This document shows positions 20,559 to 31,336 of a DNA stretch of 64,000 bases, one piece after another. The notes beneath the pieces were generated by a model that saw only the letters and a program-made list of their open reading frames with translations, had not been told where the DNA came from and did no database searches. A program made the position numbers and the translations under genes. How positions within the stretch are numbered: the first letter of the stretch is position 1; each line of letters starts with the position of its first letter. Source of the stretch: Shigella phage SP21535; the sequence record PQ615101. One strand, 5' to 3'.

Positions 20559-21524
20559 TTATATTGCTCCTAATATTTTACTCTGCGAATTGACAATCCC
20601 TGTCATAGTATTAATGTTTGAAATGCTTCCTGCAGTTCCACCTAATCTACTGAGTCGTGAAAGCGAATTAGATAGTCCAGTAACACCTCCACTATTTCCG
20701 AGAACGCTTTGAATACCATTTATAGCAGCAGATTCAAGCCATTCAAGCGCAGCTTGCCTATCAACTGCTCCAGCCTGCATCACTCTATACGCAAAAGTAA
20801 CATCAAATGTAGTTATTTGGTTATCTCCATCATATGATAACTCAGGAGCGCTCACTGATATTGGAATGCATCCAGTGAACATCACCGCAGTATGAGGCAA
20901 TCCATTACGAGAATGAAGATTAACCTGAATATCTGCCTCGACATCTTGTGGCAAAGCACGCAATCCAGTTACTGGGTCTTGAACGGAGTTAACCCAGTCT
21001 TGCATTGCACGATAGTTACAAGCTTCTGAATCCATTCTAAATGAAATAACCAAAGGGTCTAATTCTCTCCCAGTTATACGAATATTAGGAGAATTATAGT
21101 TCCAGTCAGTTTCATAGGATAATCTGTTCTCTGGCATTTTTACGGAATATATCATCAATCCAGATGAGTTATATGCCATGTTAAAGAAGTCAATTAAATA
21201 TGTACCAACTGTAAATGAGCCTAATAAACTTTGAACTGTACGTTGACTCATGGCACCAATAAGATATTTACTAACCCCTGATTTTCTTATCAGTTTTTGT
21301 GTGCCAGCAGTAATTAGCGTGGTAATTCCCTGATTAATATCGCCTTGAGTCAATCCTAACCAATCTGAATTTAGACCCAAGTTATTATAAGAAAAGTTGC
21401 TAATTGAACTTATCAACGAAGAGCTTTTAGTTGATGGAGTTGTCGCAAAAACGCAGCTAAACATATTATTACGTTGGAAATCTGCGTTTATTGCTTGATT
21501 ATTAAATTCCTCTAAAGAATACAT
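20559..21524 (-). CDS. 54: Baseplate tail-tube initiator
   Basis: 321 aa; position and length match T4 gp54 adjacent to gp48. Confidence 0.85.
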   Translation of the reverse strand: MYSLEEFNNQAINADFQRNNMFSCVFATTPSTKSSSLISSISNFSYNNLGLNSDWLGLTQGDINQGITTLITAGTQKLIRKSGVSKYLIGAMSQRTVQSLLGSFTVGTYLIDFFNMAYNSSGLMIYSVKMPENRLSYETDWNYNSPNIRITGRELDPLVISFRMDSEACNYRAMQDWVNSVQDPVTGLRALPQDVEADIQVNLHSRNGLPHTAVMFTGCIPISVSAPELSYDGDNQITTFDVTFAYRVMQAGAVDRQAALEWLESAAINGIQSVLGNSGGVTGLSNSLSRLSRLGGTAGSISNINTMTGIVNSQSKILGAI

Positions 21525-22618
21525 TAAAAAGTCCCCGCATATAAAGAAGCACGGTTTAACGTGATAATTTCTCTCATAGTAATCTCAAGAGTAAATGTAC
21601 TAGAGAGGTTTGGAGCAATAGCTAATCCATTAAAGTTACCGTTAGGCGTTTTATCAAATCTAATGCTCTGTATTTGACATGGGCCAAATATTTCCGTTTT
21701 TCCATCAAACTTAGATGTTGCACCAAAGTTTTTCACCATCCAAACTGTCGGGTTTGAAACTACTAGAACGTTCGTTAAACTTGCTGTCATTTTCTCAAAT
21801 AGTGTTTTATTTTTAGCTGCGTCTTCCGGAGATAAAGGTTCAATTAACGTAGAACGATACCAATCATCTAAATACCCCTTTATTTCAGCAGCATATTGAG
21901 ATTTACCTGTTTCACCATAAGAAAAATAGTTAAAATATTGATAGATATTAATAATAGCCATTAAATCTTCTGTTGAACGTGGAGTCAAATCCCATGTAAA
22001 CACTTTAGTTCTATTTTCAGCACCACCATACATACTTCTGGCTGTCGTATAAATCTGTTCATTATTATCAGCCATTATACCTTGTGTTATACTTTCCAGT
22101 GCCCCAAATACTGCGGTTGAAGCAACATTACTTAGCACACCAGTAGCAGTACCTCCGCCTCTACTGATAAGGCTTTCTTGAACATCATTAAATCTATGTG
22201 ATGATGTGTCAACATCAGATTTAGATCTCGGTAAAAGAATGTTTGCGACAGGAGCTTTACTTATTGTTCCTGAATTATTATTTGATATTAATCCATTTGA
22301 TAGTTTTGATACTGTACTACTAATAGTGTTTCTAGCTGTACTTAAAATACTCGAAGATGAAGAAGAGTAGTTAGATCTCATCGATCTAAGACTTCCAGAA
22401 TCCCTAGATGACATATTGTATGCAGTAAATAATAATCCATTCTTATATAGATCTGTTACCTGGAAGTCCCCTGTAGTGTCATTACCACTAGCACGCCCAG
22501 TTGGAAACTGGGCAGTGTATGTTTTAGTTACTACTTCTGATTTAGTGCTCTGTCCGGCTGAAATTTTCTCACCGGACTTTTTAATTAAATCAGTAGTTAT
22601 TTCTTTAACAATTGCCAT
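21524..22618 (-). CDS. 48: Baseplate tail-tube cap / junction protein
   Basis: 364 aa, synteny with 54 and 29. Confidence 0.85.
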   Translation of the reverse strand: MAIVKEITTDLIKKSGEKISAGQSTKSEVVTKTYTAQFPTGRASGNDTTGDFQVTDLYKNGLLFTAYNMSSRDSGSLRSMRSNYSSSSSSILSTARNTISSTVSKLSNGLISNNNSGTISKAPVANILLPRSKSDVDTSSHRFNDVQESLISRGGGTATGVLSNVASTAVFGALESITQGIMADNNEQIYTTARSMYGGAENRTKVFTWDLTPRSTEDLMAIINIYQYFNYFSYGETGKSQYAAEIKGYLDDWYRSTLIEPLSPEDAAKNKTLFEKMTASLTNVLVVSNPTVWMVKNFGATSKFDGKTEIFGPCQIQSIRFDKTPNGNFNGLAIAPNLSSTFTLEITMREIITLNRASLYAGTF

Positions 22619-22626
22619 ATTATTCC

Positions 22627-24399
22627 TTAATTAACTCCAGTCGCATCAAATACACCAGGAGCAGTTGTGCTTGTGACAGGTGTCATATTATGAACGACAG
22701 TATTTTTCTTAATAACATTATTAGTATTATTGATTGAAGGAGATGCTTGTTGAACAGGAGCTTGCTGTGCTTTGTTCTTTTCTATTACCTGGACTTGTTT
22801 TGCTTCTGGCGATTTAGCAGAAGTTTCAGGTTTGGCATTAGGCTGATTTTTCTTGAGCTCTTGATAAGTAGCATCAATTTTAGAAAATCTAGCAGCAAGT
22901 TCTTTTTTAACTGCCGGTGAATTATTTAAATCCGGGTCATCCATCCGTTTTTTAAGGTCTTCATAGGCAGCTTCAACTGATTTAACTGTTGAATCTTTAC
23001 TCATATCAGCTGAATTAGCATATTCATCAAAACGATTCATAGCAGCACGAGCTTCATTAGCTTTCATTAAAGCAATTTTAGCTTCCTCCGGAGAAAGTTG
23101 CTTTAATTTTTCTTCTTCATCTGCTCTCTCTTCATCAGTCGTTAGTGCTTCTTTATTATCAACGCCACGAATCCAGTTAGATGCACGAGTTTTCCAGTTC
23201 GCAATTTTGTCTAGTCCTTTTGCTATTGGACCAAGTTCTCCATTCATTCTTTTATATTGATAGTTTGCAACTTTTTCTTGGTCTTCTTTGTTAAGAGAAG
23301 CATTTGTAGTATTTTGGAAATTTTCTAGTGCTCTTCCTTCTACTTCGTCAGCAGTATCCTTCATACCAGGAATGACTCGAAGAATTGCCGCAGATAATTT
23401 AGCCATTCCAAGCTGAATAAGCTCTCCTAAATTAAAAAGAACCTTTCCAAGCCCTTCTACAATAGCTACTGTCAATCCGCCCCAATCTCCAGCTTCCCAC
23501 AACTTCTTAATTTTATCAATAGAACCAAAGATGCTCTGTAATAAAGGACCCCATGTTCCAGTTTCACTAGAGAATTTAGTAAAATCTGTACTAAACAAAT
23601 CCCAAGCCTGCGAAAATTTATCTGACCAATATTTAAAGTGAACCATCAGCAGATCTATTCCAACAACAACAGCCAATATCATTGCAGTCATTTTAGCAGC
23701 TTCAATAGCAGCACTGACGGTATACTTAAATAACATGCTTGATATTTTATCAGTAATTGAAATGGATTTCTTAAATCCAAAATCAACAGTCTTTGTTAAT
23801 TTATCTAAAGCTTGAGATAATTTTAAGTTAAATGCGTCTTTTTTCTGTTTTTCTTCTGGCGATTCTTGTTTAGGTTCAACTGGCTGAGGGGTAGGGAAAA
23901 AATCAGCATCAGGATCATTATTAACTGCTTCAGGAGCCGGTAATAAAGGACCCACAGATTCAGCTGTATCGTCCTCAACAACTTTAACAGGAATAGCGCT
24001 TTCAACCGTAGCTAAACTAGTTCCTGTTTGTTGAATTCCGGCTGTCTGAATTTTTTGCTCTAGTAAACTTGTTAATTTATCTAATTTGCTCCCGAGTGAT
24101 TCACCGATTTCTTTATTAATATTATTGCCAATTTCGACAGTTTCAGCAATTAACTCAGAACCAGCAGTAGTATCACTCACTGCGCTTTCTACATTGTCAA
24201 TTGCTCCAACTATTTCATTCGATTTTTCTTCAACAGTTTGAGCAATTAATTCAGAAGCAGCTTGAGCATCATCCAATTTCGTAGATATATCGTTAAGTCC
24301 AGATAAAGTGTTAGAAGCGGCTTTAGCCGCTTCCTGTGTTGGTTTATTATCTGAAATAACTTTTCTACGCATCGTTTGCATTTCTTGTGGCTTTTTCAT
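22627..24399 (-). CDS. 29: Tail length tape-measure / baseplate hub protein
   Basis: 590 aa, extended alpha-helical, low-complexity Ala/Lys/Glu-rich N-terminal half. Confidence 0.85.
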   Translation of the reverse strand: MKKPQEMQTMRRKVISDNKPTQEAAKAASNTLSGLNDISTKLDDAQAASELIAQTVEEKSNEIVGAIDNVESAVSDTTAGSELIAETVEIGNNINKEIGESLGSKLDKLTSLLEQKIQTAGIQQTGTSLATVESAIPVKVVEDDTAESVGPLLPAPEAVNNDPDADFFPTPQPVEPKQESPEEKQKKDAFNLKLSQALDKLTKTVDFGFKKSISITDKISSMLFKYTVSAAIEAAKMTAMILAVVVGIDLLMVHFKYWSDKFSQAWDLFSTDFTKFSSETGTWGPLLQSIFGSIDKIKKLWEAGDWGGLTVAIVEGLGKVLFNLGELIQLGMAKLSAAILRVIPGMKDTADEVEGRALENFQNTTNASLNKEDQEKVANYQYKRMNGELGPIAKGLDKIANWKTRASNWIRGVDNKEALTTDEERADEEEKLKQLSPEEAKIALMKANEARAAMNRFDEYANSADMSKDSTVKSVEAAYEDLKKRMDDPDLNNSPAVKKELAARFSKIDATYQELKKNQPNAKPETSAKSPEAKQVQVIEKNKAQQAPVQQASPSINNTNNVIKKNTVVHNMTPVTSTTAPGVFDATGVN

Positions 24400-24929
24400 T
24401 CAAATAATCCAATAATATTGCCAATTCCAGTTATTGGACCATTAGGGCCAGGAATTGCTAAAGTTGTAAAAATATCATTTGCCCATTTTAAAACGAATGC
24501 TGGCATCTCAAGAAAATTAATTTCTTTAACTTCATCATTGACCTTAAGCAAGCACTTGGATAACATATCGCTCACCGTTAAAAATTGTTCAAATTTTCCA
24601 GGAGGTCTAAAATAAAATGTATTTCCTTGGTATTGAAATTCCAATCTTTGGCATACATAAACATCATTAATGTCATAAGTATAACCATCTATTTCTTTAC
24701 GAGATTTAATCTTTCCATTAAATTCCAATAAATGAATAGAAACGAAATCAACTTCTGCCGGTGATAAATTTGGACAAATAGAATCGATCAAAAGTTTTAA
24801 ATTTTCATCGGGTCCTTTAACATCTTTTAAAATGTTATAATGTTTAAGACCCATTTTAGGAATAGAAACTTCTTTATTGCTTATTGGAAGAACTACTTTC
24901 TTCAGTGGTAGTATCAGATTTAAATTCAT
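24396..24929 (-). CDS. 28: Baseplate hub distal subunit
   Basis: 177 aa; overlaps the gene 27 3' end by 56 nt. Confidence 0.8.
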   Translation of the reverse strand: MNLNLILPLKKVVLPISNKEVSIPKMGLKHYNILKDVKGPDENLKLLIDSICPNLSPAEVDFVSIHLLEFNGKIKSRKEIDGYTYDINDVYVCQRLEFQYQGNTFYFRPPGKFEQFLTVSDMLSKCLLKVNDEVKEINFLEMPAFVLKWANDIFTTLAIPGPNGPITGIGNIIGLFE

Positions 24930-26049
24930 TTTTAACCTTAACTGGGTCTATTGTTTCCAGTTTCGTTGCATTAGTGAACATATATAGATGAGTTACTGAA
25001 TTATTATTGGATAATTCGTGGATAACTTCATCAACGTAAAATTCTGTTTTAAATTGGTTTTTACTATCATTAAAAATAATTTTAACGCCAGGTGTCAAGT
25101 TAAAATTACCGACAGTAGAACATTTAGCATAGCCATCGTATTGTGCCATAGTTTGAAGACGAATAGCTTCTTCATATCCATTCCTATAAGTCATTTCAGA
25201 ATAAGCACCTGACCTTGACACTACAATAGAGTTTTCTCCTTTTCCTGTAGTAATCATTGGCAATGAAGAATCCAAAAATGAATGTGCATAGATAGTAGCA
25301 TTTTTCATTGGATCACGTTTGTGAGGATTCGATTTAGTCAACCAAACGAAATCATATGCTAATGGATATTTTAATTCTTGGATGAATTGACCTATTAAAG
25401 ATGGCTCACCGACAATCATTGGATATGGTTCTTGATTTATCATCATATCATAGTCCATCATGTTAACTCCCATGATGTCTTGCCATACAAATACAAATTT
25501 GTCACTTCCTACAGCTAGAGCAACTTCTCTGACATATGACAAATAGTTTTCAAATGTACTAGTCCATGGAATATCAGGAACATAAGCATTTATAGCATTT
25601 ATCGCTGGAGTCAATAGCGTACGGTCTTGATAAATGACGCCAAGCATTTCCTTTATAGATTCACCTGCATCAGGGAAAAACGGTCTGCCAAATTTAAGAT
25701 TTTCTATAGAATGAATAGTTCCCAATTCAATAGCAATGATGTTATCACCCTTTGAATCTACTGACACGGAAAAATGCTTACATCCATAAATTCGTGTTTT
25801 AACATTATTAATATCATTTGCATTAGCTACAGAAATCTGAATTATTTCATTTCCATCCATTTTTGTATGGATGTTTTTAGAATCATAAAACTGCAGCATT
25901 CCTTCATTTCGGCCATAAAGAGAATCCCGCATAGTTAATGTGGTAATAGTAGCAGCTAATTCAACAAATCTATTATTACTCCAAGCGTCGTAGCTATCAA
26001 ATAATTTAACGCTGAGATTTGGATATCCGGGGCGTTGCAACATACTCAT
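24874..26049 (-). CDS. 27: Baseplate hub subunit
   Basis: 391 aa, synteny with 28 and 51. Confidence 0.85.
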   Translation of the reverse strand: MSMLQRPGYPNLSVKLFDSYDAWSNNRFVELAATITTLTMRDSLYGRNEGMLQFYDSKNIHTKMDGNEIIQISVANANDINNVKTRIYGCKHFSVSVDSKGDNIIAIELGTIHSIENLKFGRPFFPDAGESIKEMLGVIYQDRTLLTPAINAINAYVPDIPWTSTFENYLSYVREVALAVGSDKFVFVWQDIMGVNMMDYDMMINQEPYPMIVGEPSLIGQFIQELKYPLAYDFVWLTKSNPHKRDPMKNATIYAHSFLDSSLPMITTGKGENSIVVSRSGAYSEMTYRNGYEEAIRLQTMAQYDGYAKCSTVGNFNLTPGVKIIFNDSKNQFKTEFYVDEVIHELSNNNSVTHLYMFTNATKLETIDPVKVKNEFKSDTTTEESSSSNKQ

Positions 26050-26798
26050 TATTGTTTATCCTTCTCAATCAGTTTTAATACGAATCCGCGCTCAGCAGGA
26101 ATCATTTTCATTATTGAATTTAAGCTATAATTACTTTTTACGAGTGTGTGATTAATTTGATAAAAAGTAAATATCTCATCTGGGTTAACTAATAGCTTAA
26201 ACACATCTACTATATCAGTGTATTTTTTAATGTACTTATTACAGCATGACATATGTAGAGTTAAATTAATAGGATTCATTGCATCGAGAATTTTTTCTAA
26301 TGTTTCTATCTCGATGGCGTCAACGAGTTCTATTTGACTGGACTCGCTAATTTCCTTCCAATCATACCATGTTTCATCTACTTGAACAGAATGAATATTT
26401 TCAGTAATCATCTTTGCTTTATTTTCATAAAACTCAGAAGGAAACTTTAATTTAATTTTAACATTAGCTACATCAAAAACAGGTTCCTTTAATTCTTTTT
26501 GATATATTTCAAATGGAACTGTCTTTTCTTTTTTACATTTTGGACATACGAATGTGACTGGTACTTTTGTTTTACCTATCGACCCTACAAATACCTGCAA
26601 AAATATAAATGGTTGCCAAGTCTTCGGATAGTCTCCAAAATAATCATCAATTAAATCAGTAATTATTTCTTTTTGTTCTTGTGGTGACCGATGTTCTATA
26701 TCGTTTCGAACTAACAAAAAATCTCGATAATCTTCTACCGTAAATGGTTTAAAACGATGAACACCATCTGGTAATTTACAACGAATAATGTTTGCCAT
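26049..26798 (-). CDS. 51: Baseplate hub assembly catalyst
   Basis: 249 aa, Cys-pair motifs (CPKCKKEK), synteny. Confidence 0.85.
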   Translation of the reverse strand: MANIIRCKLPDGVHRFKPFTVEDYRDFLLVRNDIEHRSPQEQKEIITDLIDDYFGDYPKTWQPFIFLQVFVGSIGKTKVPVTFVCPKCKKEKTVPFEIYQKELKEPVFDVANVKIKLKFPSEFYENKAKMITENIHSVQVDETWYDWKEISESSQIELVDAIEIETLEKILDAMNPINLTLHMSCCNKYIKKYTDIVDVFKLLVNPDEIFTFYQINHTLVKSNYSLNSIMKMIPAERGFVLKLIEKDKQ

Positions 26799-26815
26799 AG
26801 ATGCTCCTTTTATTC

Positions 26816-26827
26816 TATTTATAAATA
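26816..26827. promoter_or_regulatory. Overlapping divergent late promoters (TATTTATAAATA) for gene 51 (minus) and gene 26 (plus)
   Basis: TATAAATA present on both strands, overlapping, in the 51/26 divergent intergenic region. Confidence 0.55.
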
Positions 26828-26848
26828 TGATAAATAAAGGAGCTAAAT

Positions 26849-27475
26849 ATGTATGAATACAAATTTGATGTGAGAGTTGGTTCTAAAATAATCAATTGTC
26901 GCGCATTTACTCTTAAAGAATATCTAGAACTTATTACTGCTAAAAAGAACGGTTCAGTAGAAGAGATCGTTAAAAAGCTAATCAAAGACTGTACAAATGC
27001 AAAAGATTTAAACCGCCAAGAATCAGAACTACTGCTGATTCATTTATGGGCGCATTCTCTTGGAGAAGTTAATCACGAAAACTCCTGGAAGTGCACCTGT
27101 GGAACTGAAATACCAACCCATATAAATCTATTACATACACAAATAGATGCACCAGAAGACCTCTGGTATACACTGGGTGACATTAAAATTAAGTTCCATT
27201 ACCCTAAAATTTTTGATGATAAAAATATAGCCCACATGATAGTATCATGCATAGAAACGATTCATGCTAACGGGGAAAGCATTCCAGTTGAAGACTTAAA
27301 TGAAAAGGAACTAGAAGATTTATATTCTATCATCACAGAGTCAGATATTGTAGCTATAAAAGATATGCTTTTAAAACCTACCGTTTATTTGGCTGTTCCA
27401 ATTAAGTGTCCAGAGTGTGGAAAAACCCATGCTCACGTAATAAGAGGCCTCAAAGAGTTCTTTGAGTTACTATAA
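26849..27475 (+). CDS. 26: Baseplate hub subunit
   Basis: 208 aa, CxxC pairs, synteny. Confidence 0.85.
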   Translation: MYEYKFDVRVGSKIINCRAFTLKEYLELITAKKNGSVEEIVKKLIKDCTNAKDLNRQESELLLIHLWAHSLGEVNHENSWKCTCGTEIPTHINLLHTQIDAPEDLWYTLGDIKIKFHYPKIFDDKNIAHMIVSCIETIHANGESIPVEDLNEKELEDLYSIITESDIVAIKDMLLKPTVYLAVPIKCPECGKTHAHVIRGLKEFFELL

Positions 27476-27873
27476 TGGCAAATATTAATAAGCTTTATTC
27501 TGATATTGACCCGGAAATGAAAATGGATTGGAACAAAGATGTTTCCAGATCACTTGGATTAAGGTCAATTAAAAACAGTCTTTTGGGAATTATTACAACA
27601 AGAAAAGGTTCAAGACCGTTTGACCCAGAATTTGGATGCGATTTATCTGATCAGCTTTTTGAGAATATGACTCCTCTTACTGCTGATACAGTTGAGCGTA
27701 ACATCGAAAGCGCAGTAAGAAACTACGAGCCACGTATTGATAAATTAGCAGTTAATGTAATACCAGTTTATGATGATTATACTCTGATAGTAGAAATACG
27801 CTTTTCGGTCATCGATAACCCTGATGATATTGAGCAGATAAAACTGCAACTGGCTTCCAGTAATAGAGTATAA
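27475..27873 (+). CDS. 25: Baseplate wedge subunit (gpW / lysozyme-like fold family)
   Basis: 132 aa, [40 protein letters not shown]... Confidence 0.9.
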   Translation: MANINKLYSDIDPEMKMDWNKDVSRSLGLRSIKNSLLGIITTRKGSRPFDPEFGCDLSDQLFENMTPLTADTVERNIESAVRNYEPRIDKLAVNVIPVYDDYTLIVEIRFSVIDNPDDIEQIKLQLASSNRV

Positions 27874-27899
27874 TGCTTCACGTATAAACGTGGTATAAT
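27872..27899 (+). promoter_or_regulatory. Middle promoter (MotA-box aaTGCTTcA, then TATAAT) upstream of uvsY
   Basis: MotA-box-like sequence 13 bp upstream of a -10 hexamer. Confidence 0.5.
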
Positions 27900-27939
27900 G
27901 AATCTAAGTCCATCCAATAACAATTGAATAGAGAACAAT

Positions 27940-28353
27940 ATGAGATTAGAAGATCTTCAAGAAGAATTGAAGAAAGATGTGTTTATAGATTCGACTAAAT
28001 TACAGTATGAAGCAGCTAATAATGTGATGTTATATAGTAAATGGCTTAATAAGCATTCAAGTATTAAAAAGGAAATGCTTAGAATTGACGCACAGAAAAA
28101 AGTTGCTCTTAAAGCTAAATTAGACTACTACTCGGGACGAGGAGATGGTGATGAATTTAGTATGGATCGTTACGAGAAATCAGAAATGAAGACAGTTCTA
28201 TCAGCTGATAAGGATGTTTTAAAGGTTGATACCTCGTTACAGTATTGGGGAATTTTATTAGATTTCTGTAGCGGAGCTCTTGATGCTATCAAATCACGTG
28301 GATTTGCTATTAAGCATATTCAAGACATGCGGGCATTTGAGGCTGGAAAATAA
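27940..28353 (+). CDS. uvsY: Recombination mediator protein UvsY
   Basis: 137 aa, MRLEDLQEELKKDVFIDSTKLQYEAANNVMLYSKWLNKH... Confidence 0.95.
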   Translation: MRLEDLQEELKKDVFIDSTKLQYEAANNVMLYSKWLNKHSSIKKEMLRIDAQKKVALKAKLDYYSGRGDGDEFSMDRYEKSEMKTVLSADKDVLKVDTSLQYWGILLDFCSGALDAIKSRGFAIKHIQDMRAFEAGK

Positions 28354-28577
28354 TGAGATATAGCATTGATGATGCTTTTAATTATGAAGAAGAATTCGAA
28401 ACGGAAATTCAATTCTTAATGAAAAAGTATAATCTCAAGCGTCAGGATATTCGTATCCTGGCCGACCACCCATGCGGTGAAGATGTACTTTATATTAAAG
28501 GAAAATTTGCCGGATATCTTGATGAATATTTTTATTCTAAAGATATGGGCATTGATATGCATATGAGAGTTGTATAA
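28353..28577 (+). CDS. Hypothetical protein (74 aa), T4 uvsY.-1-like
   Basis: ORF with ATGA overlap with the uvsY stop. Confidence 0.65.
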   Translation: MRYSIDDAFNYEEEFETEIQFLMKKYNLKRQDIRILADHPCGEDVLYIKGKFAGYLDEYFYSKDMGIDMHMRVV

Positions 28578-28580
28578 ATA
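28573..28580 (+). promoter_or_regulatory. Late promoter (TATAAATA)
   Basis: Exact TATAAATA about 26 nt upstream of the ATG at 28606. Confidence 0.5.
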
Positions 28581-28605
28581 GATATATAATTCAGAGGAGA
28601 CAATC

Positions 28606-28773
28606 ATGTCAGATAAGATTTGTGTTGTCTGTAAAACTCCAATCGATTCTGCATTGGTTGTTGAAACAGACAAAGGTCCTGTACATCCTGGGCCTTGCTA
28701 TAATTACATTAAAGAACTACCAGTTTCAGAAAGTTCGGAAGAACAATTAAATGAAACACAACTTTTGCTATAG
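28606..28773 (+). CDS. Small Cys-containing protein (55 aa), T4 uvsY.-2-like; below the ORF-track length cutoff
   Basis: SD GAGGAGA 6 nt upstream of ATG; MSDKICVVCKTPIDSALVVETDKGPVHPGPCYNY... (CxxC...C). Confidence 0.55.
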   Translation: MSDKICVVCKTPIDSALVVETDKGPVHPGPCYNYIKELPVSESSEEQLNETQLLL

Positions 28774-28796
28774 TGTGACCTTTAGTCTATAGTTTT

Positions 28797-28830
28797 GGCC
28801 CTTCCTTTTTGGTTGGGCCTTTTTTAATTT
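28797..28830 (+). terminator. Terminator hairpin (ggccc...gggcc) plus T-run after the uvsY operon
   Basis: 5-bp GC stem followed by TTTTTTAATTT. Confidence 0.5.
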
Positions 28831-29071
28831 AAAAGCTTTCTTCTACTTCATCGTCTGAATCTTCTAATTCAGCTCTTTTTCCTGCCAAAGCATCTCTTAC
28901 AGAGATGTCATCAGTATCTTTTAATTCAGTTTCTTTGACTCTTTTCTTGTAATAAGCTTCAAGTTCTTCTAAACCTTCTAATGTTTGACAAGAGGCAATT
29001 TTACCCATAAATTCATCAATAGAAGCTTCATAAAGAAATTGTTTAAATCCTAGTAACATCTTTTTCTCCAA
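28829..29071 (-). CDS. uvsW.1: UvsW.1 small acidic protein
   Basis: 80 aa, immediately downstream of uvsW. Confidence 0.8.
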   Translation of the reverse strand: MEKKMLLGFKQFLYEASIDEFMGKIASCQTLEGLEELEAYYKKRVKETELKDTDDISVRDALAGKRAELEDSDDEVEESF

Positions 29072-29084
29072 AGGGCCGAAGCCC

Positions 29085-30596
29085 TTATAAATTAACTGTT
29101 TTCATTACGTAATTAAATTTTTCATCTGCGTAGCGCTGAATACGATCAATGCCGTGTTTTAAAAGATAGTTCAAATGAACATATTTCTTTTTCGTATTAG
29201 CAGATTTTGGTCTAACGCCCGCGTCATCTATGAGGTCCCAGACTGTTGCGATTGTTTTAGAACCATGCTTACGTAATACGCGACCTATTGTTTGCAATAC
29301 AATAATTTTAGATTTAACACCGTGTGCTAAAACAACGTGATGCAGATTTTTAACTGAAATACCAGTAGAAAATACACCATAACTAGCTACTATAATTATT
29401 CCTTTACCGTTTTCAGCTAAGGTTTTCATTACGTTGCGTGTTTCGGTATCAACTTCCCCTGATACGTAATAAACTTTATCGTATTCATTTTTAATTAAAT
29501 CGAAAATAGCTTTACCGTGTGATACGTGTTTAAACATGACAAAAGCGTTTTCATCTTTTTGCGCAAGCTTAATAGCTAATTTAGCGATCCATTTATTTCT
29601 TTTACTGAGCCCAGTAATAATTTTTATTTCTTCTTGGTAAGTTTTTCCCTTTAATTTAGTAGTGAACTCATCGGGATAGCGAAGAAAAATACTATTAATT
29701 TTTAGCTCAGTTACTTGTCCATCTTCCATTAATTTAGAAGTCGTTACTGGCTTAAATATTTCACCAAACATTCCAACATACTGCATGATATTGGCTTTGC
29801 CATCACGTAATGAACCAGATAGACCAAATTTGAACATGCAGTTATTTAAACCTGATATGATAGATGAAATACTTTTTCCTGTAGCAAGATGGCACTCATC
29901 ATTCATCATCATTCCAAACTGTGAGAACCATTCTTTTGGTTGTTTTACTACAGTTTGCCATGTACCAACAACGACTGGCGCATCATTTTTATATTTATCA
30001 TCTTTTGATGCTCCGCCACCGATTTTCTTTATCATTGCATGACTGAATAAACGATAGTCAACGAAGTCATCAGCCATCTGAGTTGTCAGAGCAGTTGTTG
30101 GAACAATGATAAGAATTTTACCTTCATAATTTTCCAAATAATATCGCGCAAGCAAAGCTTGAATTAAAGATTTACCAGCAGATGTTGGAAGATTAAGAAT
30201 TCTACGACGATTAACTAATCCTTCGAACACTGCATCTTTTTGATACCAGTGTGGTTCAATTCTTTTATTTCCTGAATAGATTTCTAATTTAGAAAGCCAT
30301 TCATCAAAATCTTTTCTTGATAATTCTTCTTTTTCATTAATTTGTGGGTCAATCCAGGCTTTATAGCCAAAGTTATCACAGAACTTTTTAATTTGCCCGA
30401 CTAAGCCGAATGGAAGAAGACGATTATAATCTAAAAGACGGATTCGTCCATCCCAGTTGCCATATCTGAAGCGAGGATTAAAACGATACCCATCAGCTTC
30501 AAAGCTAAAGAAATCACGGAGTTCATGAAATGTACTTTCTTCACAATCAATTCTCACGTGACTAAAATCATAAAAATGTACTTTAATGTCAGTCAT
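29085..30596 (-). CDS. uvsW: UvsW SF2 DNA/RNA helicase
   Basis: 503 aa; Walker A (NLPTSAGKS), DECH box, helicase C-terminal motifs. Confidence 0.95.
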   Translation of the reverse strand: MTDIKVHFYDFSHVRIDCEESTFHELRDFFSFEADGYRFNPRFRYGNWDGRIRLLDYNRLLPFGLVGQIKKFCDNFGYKAWIDPQINEKEELSRKDFDEWLSKLEIYSGNKRIEPHWYQKDAVFEGLVNRRRILNLPTSAGKSLIQALLARYYLENYEGKILIIVPTTALTTQMADDFVDYRLFSHAMIKKIGGGASKDDKYKNDAPVVVGTWQTVVKQPKEWFSQFGMMMNDECHLATGKSISSIISGLNNCMFKFGLSGSLRDGKANIMQYVGMFGEIFKPVTTSKLMEDGQVTELKINSIFLRYPDEFTTKLKGKTYQEEIKIITGLSKRNKWIAKLAIKLAQKDENAFVMFKHVSHGKAIFDLIKNEYDKVYYVSGEVDTETRNVMKTLAENGKGIIIVASYGVFSTGISVKNLHHVVLAHGVKSKIIVLQTIGRVLRKHGSKTIATVWDLIDDAGVRPKSANTKKKYVHLNYLLKHGIDRIQRYADEKFNYVMKTVNL

Positions 30597-30625
30597 GTCT
30601 AAATACCATGTAATAAATATATCTA

Positions 30626-30633
30626 TATTTATA
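30626..30633 (-). promoter_or_regulatory. Late promoter (TATAAATA on minus strand) upstream of uvsW
   Basis: Plus-strand TATTTATA about 30 nt upstream of the uvsW start. Confidence 0.45.
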
Positions 30634-30646
30634 CTGAGGAAATATT

Positions 30647-31327
30647 ATGATAGATAAAGATTATATTGCAGAGCTGAAGACTCTTGATGATAATAAAGAA
30701 GCTAAAGCTAAATTAGCTGAATATGCTGAACAGTTTGGTATAAAGGTCAAAAAGAATAAATCTTTTGATAATATCGTTATTGATATTGAAGAAGCCCTCC
30801 AGAAGCTCGCTAGTGAACCTATGCCAGAGACTGATGGGTTATCTATTAAAGACTTAATTGATGCTGCTGATGCTGCAGAGGGATTAAAATATGACGATGA
30901 AGAGGTCAATCCAGAAGCAGCACTTCTGATTGATTCTCCGGTTAAATCTGACATTAAAATTGAAGTGGTAGAAACGGATAAAATTCCTGAAAATACTGAC
31001 GTTTTGATTGAAGATACTCCTTTTGTTGAAGAAAAATTCGAACAGGCTGTAGCTGAGATTATTGAATCTGAAAAACCGTCTGTATTTACTCTTCCGGAAA
31101 ACTTTAGTCCGAATCTTCAGCTGATTGGGAAAAATCCAGGATTTTGTACTGTTCCTTGGTGGATTTACCAGTGGATTGCTGAAACTCCGGATTGGAAATC
31201 TCACCCAACTAGTTTTGAACACGCGTCGGCACACCAAACTTTATTTAGCTTAATTTACTACATTAATCGTGACGGATCAGTTCTAATTCGTGAAACACGC
31301 AACTCTTCTTTCGTAACATTAAAATAA
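30647..31327 (+). CDS. inh: Inh, inhibitor of prohead protease (head-associated)
   Basis: 226 aa, MIDKDYIAELKTLDDNKEAKAKLAEYAEQFGIKVKK... Confidence 0.9.
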   Translation: MIDKDYIAELKTLDDNKEAKAKLAEYAEQFGIKVKKNKSFDNIVIDIEEALQKLASEPMPETDGLSIKDLIDAADAAEGLKYDDEEVNPEAALLIDSPVKSDIKIEVVETDKIPENTDVLIEDTPFVEEKFEQAVAEIIESEKPSVFTLPENFSPNLQLIGKNPGFCTVPWWIYQWIAETPDWKSHPTSFEHASAHQTLFSLIYYINRDGSVLIRETRNSSFVTLK

Positions 31328-31336
31328 GGATAACTT

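Noticed and set aside
30661-31237. Minus-strand ORFs of 97 and 117 aa inside inh
   Set aside because: Antisense to inh; low-complexity translation products.
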